The position numbers and the translations under genes are program-made. Below the pieces are notes generated by a model that did no database searches, had not been told where the DNA came from, and saw only the letters and a list, made by a program, of their open reading frames with translations. 64,000 nucleotides of DNA from Octopus vulgaris (lineage: Eukaryota): contig OX597814.1 of the NCBI GenBank assembly GCA_951406725.2, positions 219,294,001 through 219,358,000 of the forward strand. Direction: 5' to 3'. Below, piece after piece: positions 52,447 through 64,000 of this stretch. Each line of letters opens with the position of its first letter. The first letter of the stretch is position 1.

Positions 52447-52789
52447 AAAGGGGTAAAGACCCCCTTCGGTCATGAATGACCATGGGATTGCACCTAGAAA
52501 GTTACCCTCCTAGACACAAGTCCGGGCAAGGTTGTTTATGGAAGGCCAGCAGTCGCCCATGCATACCGGCCTCCCCACTCCACGCCACCAGTGTTATCCA
52601 AGGGAAAGACAAAGGGGCCGATACAGCTTGGCACCTGTGACGTCGCAACTCATTTCTACAGCTGAGTGAACTGGAGCAACGTGAAATAAAGTGCCTTGCT
52701 CAAGAACACAACACACAGCCCGGTCCGGGATTCGAGCTCACAACCTCACAATCGTAAGCTCGACGCTCTAACCACTGAGCCATGTGCCT
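52447..52789 (-). mobile_element. CORE-like SINE with an alternative 3' tail
   Basis: CAGCTGAGTGAACTGGAGCAACGTGAAAT.AAGTG..TTGCTCAAGAACACAAC is shared with 25517-25570; the tail differs. Confidence 0.82.
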
Positions 52790-53147
52790 TTCAGTAGAAG
52801 GACCAATAATGTCAGCTTACCTTATAACATTCATATAAAGTTGCTTCATGTCTCTCTTGCAGACAGCTTTGAAATTTAGATGCAGACTGTCTTTCTGTTC
52901 TTTTGCCAGAAACCAGTTTTTTTTTTGTATGTACACGTGTATGTGTGTGTTTATATCTATATGTATATATGTGTTTGTATATATAAATGTATGTATATGT
53001 GTGTATGTATGTATATGTGTGTTTGTGTATATAAATGTATGTATATGTGTGTTTGTGTATATAAATGTATGTATATGTATGTATGTATATATGTGTTTGT
53101 ATATATAAATGTATGTATATGTGTGTGTGTATGTATATATAAATGTG

Positions 53148-53182
<35 letters not shown>

Positions 53183-53184
53183 AT

Positions 53185-53522
53185 ATCATCATCATCATCG
53201 TTTAACATCCGTTCTCCATGCTAGCATTGGTTGGACGGTTCGACCGGGGATCTGGGAAGCCAGAAGGCTGCACCAGGCTCCGGTCTTATCTGGCAATGTT
53301 TCTACGGCTGGATGCTCTTCCTAACGCCAACCACTCCGTGAGTGTAGTGGGTGCTTTTTACGTGCCACCTGCACTAGTGCCAGGCGAGGCTGGCATCGGC
53401 CACGGTCGGATTGGTGCATTTTATGTGCCACCTGCACAGAAGCCAGTCGAGGCGGCACTGGCTTCGGCCATGATTCGGATGTGCTTTTTACATGCCACCG
53501 AGATATATATATATATATATAA

Positions 53523-53599
<77 letters not shown>

Positions 53600-54110
53600 A
53601 TGTGTTTGTGTATGTATATCTTAATATAATGTGTATGTATATCATCATCATCATCATCATCGTTTAGCGTCCGCTTTCCATGCTAGCATGGGTTGGACGG
53701 TTCAACTGGGGTCTGTGAAGCCAGAAGGCTGCATCAGGACCAGTCTGATCTGGCAGTGTTTCTACGACTGGATGCCCTTCCTAACACCAACCACTCCGTG
53801 AATGTAGTGGGTGCTTTTTACGTGCCACCCGCAGCTGGCAGACGGCCACGGACGGATGGTGCTTTTTACGTGCCACTGGCACGGGGGCCAGACGAGGCTG
53901 GCAACGGCCAGGAACGGATGGTTCTTTTTATGTGCCACCGGCACAGGGGCCAGGCAAGGCTGGCAACGGCCAGGCAAGGCTGGCAACGGCCAGGCAAGGC
54001 TGGCAACGGCCAGGAACGGATGGTTCTTTTTACGTGCCACCGGCATGGAGGCCAGTCGGGGCCTGGTATCACAGCTGCAATTTCCATTGATGTTGATCGG
54101 CTTCGATTTT
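53185..54110 (-). mobile_element. Two SINE E copies with internal ~60-bp and 20-bp tandem subrepeats
   Basis: 53185-53500 and 53641-54110; GTGCTTTTTACGTGCCACC units, and GGCCAGGCAAGGCTGGCAAC three times. Confidence 0.88.
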
Positions 54111-54149
54111 GGTTCTGCTTTCTGATAACTGATTTGATTTGATTTTGAT

Positions 54150-54211
<62 letters not shown>

Positions 54212-54272
54212 CTATATGCAATGTGTGTGTATATATATGTATCTATATGTGTGTATATATATCTATGTATAA

Positions 54273-54305
<33 letters not shown>

Positions 54306-54785
54306 GTAAATGAGCAAAGACATTTGAATGTTTACCTTGGAAATAAGATGTTACTATTGTTAATACCATATATGGCAAATATTTTTAATTGATAATATTA
54401 ACAGCAGTAACTTACGTGGTTCTCAGGTTTAATAGCATTATAAACTATAAAATATCAAATTAACATGAAGCCTTAGGGGTGCAGTGAGCATCAACCTATT
54501 TAGAAATGAGAGCTAAAATCTCATTTCAACTGCTAGAAGGAGTCGAGTTTCTGGGTATTGAGTCCATGTGCATCATATCAGGTTGAAGATGGGAAGGATG
54601 GCTTCCCTTTGCAAATACTGATAGGGCACAGAAGGTGGAGGTGTCCTCCAGGGGCTACAAGTTACAGTAGCAACCACCCGTAAGGGTTAACCACATTTAA
54701 GTGGCAAATATACTTCACGATGTCATGCAGCTCCTGTTTATACATCACTCAGAGATTTATTATTATGTATTTATATATGTGTGTA

Positions 54786-54826
<41 letters not shown>

Positions 54827-55454
54827 ATATATATATATATATGTGTGTGTATATATATATATGTATGTGTGTGTATATATATATATGTATGTGTGTGTAT
54901 ATATATATGTATGTGTGTGTATATATATATATATGTATGTGTATATATATATGTATGTGTGTATATATATATATATGTATGTGTGTATATATATATGTAT
55001 GTGTATATATATATGTATGTGTGTATATATATATGTATGTGTGTATATATATATGTATGTGTATATATATGTATGTGTGTGTATATATATGTATGTGTGT
55101 GTATATATATGTATGTGTGTGTATATATATGTATGTGTGTGTATATATATATATGTATGTGTGTGTATATATATGTATGTGTGTGTATATATATGTATGT
55201 GTGTGTATATATATGTATGTATGTGTATATATATGTATGTATGTGTATATATATGTATGTATGTGTATATATATATATGTATGTGTATATATATGTATGT
55301 GTATATATATGTATGTGTATATATATATATATGTATGTGTATATATATGTATGTGTATATATATATATATATATGTATGTGTATATATATGTATGTGTAT
55401 ATATGTGTATGTGTGTGTATACACATATGTGTATATATATGTATATATATATGT

Positions 55455-55775
55455 CAGCATCAAAGGAAGACCCTTCCCATCTGGAAGTGTAACAGCGATG
55501 CCCTTCCTGACATCCCTCCTTAATTTCTCATGTGCAACTCGAGATTTCTCAAACGTGGCTGTCCCCTCATGCACAATCCTTCTCCACCTGCTACGATCAA
55601 TAGCTATGCCTTCCCATGTGTCAGGAGAGGTGCAAGCATCTCTTAAGGAAGCCTTCAGCAAGTCCTTATACCTCTTTTTTGGTTTATGTGGAGGCCGTTC
55701 TCCTTTAGCTAACTCTCCATAAAAGAGTTGTTTTGGCATCCTTGAATCCTTCATTCTGACCAGATGACCACTCCA
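55455..55775 (-). mobile_element. RTE-clade LINE C-terminal fragment
   Basis: [37 protein letters not shown]...WEGIAIDRSRWR. Confidence 0.88.
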
Positions 55776-55829
55776 TATTCATATATGTGTGTATATGTAT
55801 ATATATATATATATATATGTGTGTCTATA

Positions 55830-55872
<43 letters not shown>

Positions 55873-55889
55873 ATATATATATATATATA

Positions 55890-55976
<87 letters not shown>

Positions 55977-55985
55977 ATATATATA

Positions 55986-56018
<33 letters not shown>

Positions 56019-56073
56019 GTGTGTGTGTATGTATATATATGTGTGTGTGTGTATATATATATGTGTGTGTATG

Positions 56074-56192
<119 letters not shown>

Positions 56193-56209
56193 ATGTGTGT
56201 ATATATATA

Positions 56210-56283
<74 letters not shown>

Positions 56284-56290
56284 ATATATG

Positions 56291-56350
<60 letters not shown>

Positions 56351-56376
56351 TTTGTGTTTGTGTGTGTGTTGTGTGT

Positions 56377-56584
<208 letters not shown>

Positions 56585-56721
56585 ATGTATGTATATATGT
56601 ATATATATATATATATGTGTGTGTGTATGTATATATGTATATATATATATATATATGTGTGTGTGTATGTATATATATGTATATATATATATATATATGT
56701 GTGTGTGTATGTATATATATG

Positions 56722-56752
<31 letters not shown>

Positions 56753-56801
56753 ATGTATATATATGTATATATATATATATATATGTGTGTGTGTATGTAT
56801 A

Positions 56802-56842
<41 letters not shown>

Positions 56843-56849
56843 ATGTATA

Positions 56850-56892
<43 letters not shown>

Positions 56893-56979
56893 ATGTATAT
56901 ATATGTATATATATATATATATGTGTGTGTGTATGTATATATATGTATATATATATATATATATGTATGTATATTTGTA

Positions 56980-57310
56980 AAGCTTGACTCAAGAGTCATC
57001 TTCGTAGTCCTAAAGCGAGACAGATGAGTGACAACCTGGCCACTGGTGGTGGTGTAACACACCATACTAATCATATCTGTCGGGCATGTGGAAGAGAGTG
57101 TAATTCGGCAGGAGGACTTAAACGACATGCAAAGGTACATGAAGCCCAGTTACAACTACAGCCGACTATTACCAGTAAAGGTTTTAGCTGCCAATTCTGT
57201 ACAAGACATTGTAGATCTTTAGCTGGGCTAAAAAGTCACATTTGATCACAGCACCAGTGACAGTTAAGCTTCGTGCAATGGCCATACTCGATAACGAGGG
57301 GGCAGCCATA
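56980..57310 (+). mobile_element. RTE-clade LINE 3' end with two C2H2-like motifs
   Basis: [17 protein letters not shown] and CQFCTRHCRSLAGLKSH, followed by a short 3' UTR. Confidence 0.7.
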
Positions 57311-57325
57311 ATATATATGTGTATG

Positions 57326-57362
<37 letters not shown>

Positions 57363-57515
57363 ATGTGTATGTATGTTTATAAATATCTATGTTTACGTGT
57401 ATGTATGTATTTATATATATATCTATGTATTTATATATATATCTATGTATATATATATATATATGTATATATATATCTATGTATGTATATATATATCTAT
57501 GTATATATATATATC

Positions 57516-57558
<43 letters not shown>

Positions 57559-57703
57559 ATGTATATATATATATATATCTATGTATATATATATATATAT
57601 CTATGTATATATATATATCTATGTATATATATATATATCTATGTATATATATGCATATGTATATATGTATATGTATGTATATATATGTATGTATGTATAT
57701 GTA

Positions 57704-58350
57704 TCATCAGCATCATCATCGTGTAACGTCCGTTTTCCGTGCTAGCACGGGTTGGACGGTTCGACCGGAGTCTGGGAAGCCAGGGGCTGCACCAGGCTCC
57801 AGTCTGATCTGACTCCGCGAGTGTAGTGGGTGCTTTTTACGTGCCACCGGCACAGGTGCCAGGGGAGTCTGGCATCGGCCACGATCGGTTGGTGCTTTTA
57901 ACGTGCCACCGGCACGGAAGCCAGTCAAGGCGGCGCTGGCATCGACCACGTTCGGATGGTGTTTTTTATGTGCCACCAGCACAGAAGCCAGTCAAGGTGG
58001 CGCTGGCATCAGCCACGTTCGGATGGTGCTTTATATGTGCCACCGGGACAGGTATCACAACTACTATATCCATTGATATTTATTTCGATGTTCATGTACT
58101 TATCTCAATAGGTCTCCTCAAGCACAGCGGGACGTTCTGGGATCCAGGGTACTTTGAATGGGCAGGGACTATGCGGAACTGGTGCAAGAAGCAGCCCGGG
58201 TCTTTGCAGTCACAGCATATCTCCAGAGATCTCGGTCCTTTGTCATTGCCTCTGTGAGGCCCAATGCTCTGAGGTCATGCTTGACCACCTCATCCCATGT
58301 CTTCCTGGGTCTACCTCTCCCCCTGATTCCTTCAACTGTTTGGGAGCGGC
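57704..58350 (-). mobile_element. SINE E copy plus adjacent RTE-like 3' sequence
   Basis: Family E tail and ~60-bp repeats, then GTCTTCCTGGGTCTACCTCT (minus-strand RGRPRKTW motif). Confidence 0.75.
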
Positions 58351-58420
58351 AATCTATGTATATATATATATATATGTATACATATATATGTATGTATACA
58401 TATATATGTATATATGTGTA

Positions 58421-58461
<41 letters not shown>

Positions 58462-58904
58462 ATATATGTATATATATGTATATATGTGTATATATGTATA
58501 TATATATATATATGTATATATGTGTATATATGTATATATATATATATGTATATATGTGTATATATGTATATATATATATATGTATATATGTGTATATATG
58601 TATATATATATATATATGTATATATGTGTATATATGTATATATATATATGTATATATGTGTATATATGTATATATATATACATATATATATGTGTATATA
58701 TGTATATATATATATGTGTATATCTATGTATATATATACATATATGTGTGTGTGTATATATATATGTGTGTGTGTATATATATATATGTGTGTGTGTGTA
58801 TATATATATATCTGTGTGTATATATATGTATTTATATATATATATATATGTATATATATATGTGTGTGTGTATATATATGTATATATATTTATCTATATA
58901 TGTG

Positions 58905-58943
<39 letters not shown>

Positions 58944-59216
58944 TATTTATCTATATATGTGTATATATATGTATATATATATATATATATAATATATATA
59001 TTTATCTATATATGTGTATATATATGTATATATATATATATAAATATATATATTTATCTATATATGTGTATATATATGTATATATATATAAATATATATA
59101 TTTATCTATATATGTGTATATATATGTATATATATATATATATAAATATATATATTTATATATGTGTATATATATGTATATATATATATATATATATTTA
59201 TCTATATATGTGTATA

Positions 59217-59257
<41 letters not shown>

Positions 59258-60154
59258 CTATATATGTGTATATATATGTATATATATTTATCTATATATG
59301 TGTATATATATGTATATATATTTATCTATATATGTGTATATATATGTATATATATTTATCTATATATGTGTATATATATGTATATATATTATATATATAT
59401 ATATTTATCTATATATGTGTATATATATGTATATATTTATCTATATATGTGTATATAAATATATATATATGTATACCTATATATGTATGTGTATATGTAT
59501 GTGTGTGTGTATGTGTAGGTATATATATAAATCTATACATATAAATCTATATATATATATACTATATATTGGGAATAGGGAGGACATTGTATCATAAGTA
59601 GTTGTGCTGGCAGAAGTGTTAGTAAATGTGGTCAGGTTGACCTGAAAATTTGACCCCTATGTTAAAAGTGCTGGGGAGTTTACATGGCAACTTAACCTTT
59701 GCCCAATTGAAAGTCGTGGCCTTTAGGGCAAAGAAAAAAGTTGTCTTCGATCGATTTGGGGGTGTGGAGGTCAGGTTTTTTGCGTGATATCAGTAAAACG
59801 TATGACTGCATGATTCTCAGGCTCTTTTGTATCAAATGCTTGCAAAAATTTCAGAAATTTTTGGAAACAAAGCAAGATTTATTCAAAAAACTTTTACTGG
59901 TCACTTTTAGTTGTTGCAGCTGCTTAAATCTTATTTGGCATTTGTTTCTGCCTATTTGCACATTTCCAAAACTAAAAACGGTACCTGCTTGTGGAGTGTG
60001 ATGAGATATATTTTTCACATTTTGAACCGTTCAAAAATTCTGCCGATAACTACAGAAATAATCAAAGAGATTAGTAAATTAACTATTCTTTGCACCAATT
60101 TTGTGGCACCGGCAAATGTGAATTTCGCTCCTGTTCGGTCACAGAGGCTTTTTA

Positions 60155-60347
60155 CCTTTTACTTGTTTCAGTCATTTGACTGCGGCCATGCTGCAGCACA
60201 GCCTTTAGTCAAGCAAATTGACCCCAGGATTTATTCTTTGTAAGCCTTGTACTTATTCTATTGGTATCTTTTGCTGAACCACTAAGTTACAGGGACGTAA
60301 ACACACCACCATTGGTTGTCAAGTGATGTGGTGGGGGGGCAAACACA

Positions 60348-60386
<39 letters not shown>

Positions 60387-60548
60387 GACGGGCTTCTTTC
60401 AGTTTCCGCCTACCAAATCTACTCACAAGGCTTTGGTCAGCCCGAGGCTATAGTGGAAGACACTTGCCCAAGGTGCCATGCAGTGGGAATGAACCTGGAA
60501 CCATGTGGTTGGTAAGCAAGCTACTTACCACACAGCCACTCTTGCACC
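60155..60548 (-). mobile_element. SINE family A, full length
   Basis: Matches 13545-13968 with several CpG-to-TpG/CpA changes. Confidence 0.9.
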
Positions 60549-60989
60549 TACTTATTATCGAATTTTTTTTCTTGCATGAAAGGCTTACACAGTATGTAAG
60601 CTAGCTCACGAAAGCGATTTCTATTCAGCAGCTTGTTTCGCTTTTCAATTTTAATTTGAGCTCGATTTTTTTAAATTTCAATTGCATCAACGTCGATATA
60701 CAAGGGATGAAAGTTTATAGATATTATTAAAACGATAAACAAGATAGGTCACTGATTCTGCAAAATTGGGATCCATGTGACTACATATTGTACCGAGAAG
60801 ATTGTAAGCGCAGTCATACTATACTGTTTCAGTTTTGTGCTGAGACCTGATTGGTGTTCTGTTTTTTTCCCATCATGCTTTGCCCTTCACATTTGCATCC
60901 TTCAAGTTTCTCCAATTGCTTCTCAATGACTTTAAACATTTGGCATACGATTCTTTCAATTTTCGTTTTTTTTAATTCTTCATCCTTGT

Positions 60990-61550
60990 ATGTATGTATG
61001 TATATATATGCGTATGTATATGTATATATATGCGTATGTATATGTATATATATGCGTATGTATATGTATATATATATGCGTATGTATATGTATATATATA
61101 TGCGTATGTATATGTATATATATATGCGTATGTATATGTATATATATATGCGTATGTATATATATATGCGTATGTATATGTATATATATATGTGTATGTA
61201 TATGTATATATATATATGCGTATGTATATGTATGTATATATATATGCGTATGTATATGTATATATATATGCGTATGTATATGTATATATATATGCGTATG
61301 TATATGTATATATATATGCGTATGTATATGTATATATATATGCGTATGTATATGTATATATATATATGCGTATGTATATGTATATATATATATGTATATA
61401 TGTATATATATATGCATGCATGTGTATGTATATATATGCATGTGTATGTATATATATATGTATATATACATATGTATATATATGTATATATGTATATGTA
61501 TATATATTTTTGTATATATATATAGGTATGTATATATATGTATATATACG

Positions 61551-61583
<33 letters not shown>

Positions 61584-61670
61584 ATGTATACATATAAGTA
61601 TATATAGAGATATGAATAGATGTATATATAAATGTATATATAAATATGTATATATGTATGTATGTATATA
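60990..61670. repeat. Microsatellite-derived minisatellite, unit ~ATGCGTATGTATATGTATATATAT
   Basis: GCG-marked 22-26 bp units repeat through ~61005-61375. Confidence 0.9.
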
Positions 61671-61761
61671 TACATTGGAGCTTGGTGTAACCATCTGGCT
61701 TGCCATTCCTCAGTCAAATTGTCCAACCCATGCCAGCATGGAATGTGGATGTTAAATGATG

Positions 61762-61803
<42 letters not shown>

Positions 61804-61855
61804 GTTTATATATGTGTAGATATATATATATGTTCATACGTATATATATAGATAG

Positions 61856-62022
61856 ATATGCTTTATTTAAAGCAGCAGAAAATTCAACAAAACCTGTTAC
61901 TCTGAGTTTCCCGTTGCCGTTCACCGGACAGTTTTTGCTAGAAAAACTGTCTGATGAACGGCAACGTGAAACTCAGAGTAACAGGTTTTGTTGAATTTTC
62001 TGCTGCTTTAAATAAAGCATAT
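61856..62022. repeat. 167-bp near-perfect palindrome made of two inverted hammerhead copies
   Basis: Arms at 61856-61936 and 61942-62022, with three mismatches, all inside the left ribozyme copy. Confidence 0.92.
61947..61984 (+). ncRNA. Intact minimal type I hammerhead ribozyme
   Basis: CUGU CUGAUGA ACG GCAA CGU GAAAC UCAGA GUA ACAG. All core nucleotides are present, helix II has a GNRA loop, and cleavage is predicted after 61980. Confidence 0.88.
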
Positions 62023-62218
62023 TACTCTACCACTGGTATTTGAGTACTCTTTTTTCCACCTTGTTTCACATTTATGTGTTTACTCCGGTATATAGATAGA
62101 TAGGTAGATATATATATGTACACAGACTTTATATATATATATATATATTTGTGTTTTGTTTTTGTTTTGTTTTTCCAGTTTCAGCTCTTGAGCTGTGGCC
62201 ATGCTGGGGCACCGCCAT

Positions 62219-62380
62219 TGTGGTGAAAGAGTACAGCAGGAATCACCACCCCCTGCCGGAGCCTCGTAGAGCTTTTAGGTGTTTTCGCTCAATAAACACA
62301 CACAACGCCCGGTCTGAGAATCGAAACCGCGATCCTGCGACCGCGAGTCCGCTGCCCTAACCACTAGGCCATTGCGCCTC
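62219..62380 (-). mobile_element. SINE family C, 5' half
   Basis: Reverse complement of the family C head and body. Confidence 0.85.
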
Positions 62381-62959
62381 TGTGTGTGTATTTATATATC
62401 ATAAGTATATATATATATATATATATATATCAATATATATGTGTTTATATACATATACATGTGTTTGTGTGTGTATGTATGTATACACATACACGTGTAT
62501 GTTTGTGTGTGTATATGTATATATGTATGTGTGCAGATGTGGCTGTGTGATTACGAAGGCTGAGTAATATTTCTGTAACAATATCATGTCTTTATAAATA
62601 ATATGCAGAATTGCCATGATTCACATTCCACAAACTGTATATGTTTGCGTCTCTTTTTGTATATATGTTGTATATGTTTTTGTATATATGTTGTGTGAGT
62701 GAGTGTGTTGTCCTGGATGCTGAAATATTCTTGGCTCGTCTTAGATTCAGGGAAGTTCAGATTGGCAATAATGACAGATAGGATGAAGAGATAGAGACTT
62801 ATAACAGAAAAGGAAGCAGCTTTTCTACAAAACAACTTGCTGAAGGCTGTAGACCAGTTCATGATGACATGGTGGCAGAAAACACTTGGAATAGAACCCT
62901 GAAAGCCCCTGGGGTATCAATTTTATTTTTCTGCAATTACCAATTTTAACAAATCAGTT

Positions 62960-63800
62960 AATATTTTCCCCATCCTTGTTTATGTATTCTGCCAACATTC
63001 CACTATTTTGTCAGTGCCTTGATGATAGAAATCACCAGGTTTTGATTTGAAGAATTCATCAAGTCAGATTTTCAGCTCCACATCATTGTTGAGCAAAATG
63101 CCATGCAGACTGTTGGAGAGCTATCAGAAAAGGTGATAATCTTAAGGTGCTGTACTAAAAGAATATGGTGAGTGTGGTAGAAGTTTTCAACCAAGCTCTT
63201 GAATAACATTTTTTACTCAAAATAATGACAAGTATTACCATGTTAGACATGTTTGTTGAGCCTTTGCATTTGCTGAATGTGAAGCTGCTCTGCATTGACT
63301 GTGTAGTTGTTTTCAAGCGTTTTGGAGTTGATTATCTCCTCCCAATCCCACCAAACACAGATGCAGTTCTTGCTTAGCTGAGGTGTTGCTTGCTTGATGG
63401 GACTCAGCCAATCCTTCCCCTGCTTCATATTGATGTAAAGACACCAGTTTTCATTGCTGGTGACAATGGTGGTAAAGAAACCTTTGTGTCCCAGAGTAGC
63501 CTGGTAGTATGTGAACACACTGGTAGTGATGGAGTTTCTCTTTTGTTCAGAACAGTGGCACCCATGCACTGAATGTTTGGGTCTTACATATCAAGCGAAA
63601 GTGTCAGGGGAGCATCTCGTCTACTGATCCAATTCCCTAGGGTGTTGGTGTGGATCAGCTGGGTCAGTCAATCCTCATTAAACTGAACAAAACGGTGGAA
63701 TTGCGAAGAGTCTGTGAAGTTCAATTTTCCCTCCTTTCAGTGACAACACCTTCTCTTTACACAGTTCAAATGTCTTGAGTGGCCTTGGCAGCTCTGGAAC
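62960..63800 (-). mobile_element. Degenerate mariner transposase (Mos1/SETMAR-like)
   Basis: IVTSNENWCLYIN (IVTGDEKW), CVWWDWEEII...TVNA, and an HSPYS...P*DYHLF-like motif near 63130-63180. Confidence 0.82.
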
Positions 63801-64000
63801 TTTGATTGAAAATAAAGAAAAGCAGGAGTTGAAAATATTCATTTTTTTTTCCTACTCCACCATAATATGTTGGAAAAGAGGTAAAATTTATTCAAATTTC
63901 AAAATAAACAAAAGTTGTAGAGGGAAAAATGAAGCTGCAAAAAAAAAAACCCCATTAAGCAGAACACTATGATAAAAATATTTTTTTGTGTTAATTCAGA

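Noticed and set aside
53810-54045. Regularly spaced repeats suggesting a CRISPR-like array
   Set aside because: The spacers are homologous to each other, the context is eukaryotic and there are no cas genes; these are SINE E internal tandem repeats.
57024-57245. Host C2H2 zinc-finger gene
   Set aside because: There are no TGEKP linkers. The motif style and short 3' tail match RTE LINE C-termini, and another RTE fragment is nearby.

Overview
Repeat-dense, AT-rich eukaryotic DNA. The SINE families, microsatellite load and gene content suggest a coleoid cephalopod, probably Octopus (inference). Two host genes are supported: a two-exon IL-17-like cystine-knot cytokine (25226-25255 joined to 27851-28237, +) and an intronless Rab22/Rab31-type GTPase (45807-46433, +) whose CC motif is followed by 16 extra residues. 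The rest is mobile DNA: at least five SINE families, non-autonomous Helitrons, MITEs, and remnants of CR1/L2-, Tx1-, RTE-, Dong/R4-, HERO-, Penelope-, mariner- and hAT-type elements. The most striking signal is invisible in the ORF track. About 13 minimal type I hammerhead-ribozyme motifs lie on both strands, four with intact cores. They sit in short non-coding elements mostly embedded in (TA)n/(TG)n tracts, and in many of them an antisense copy of the ribozyme's own 3' half lies upstream, forming a long fold-back. Penelope RT-thumb and GIY-YIG remnants in the same window suggest the mobilising partner. All structures and alignments were read by eye, and repeat boundaries are approximate.
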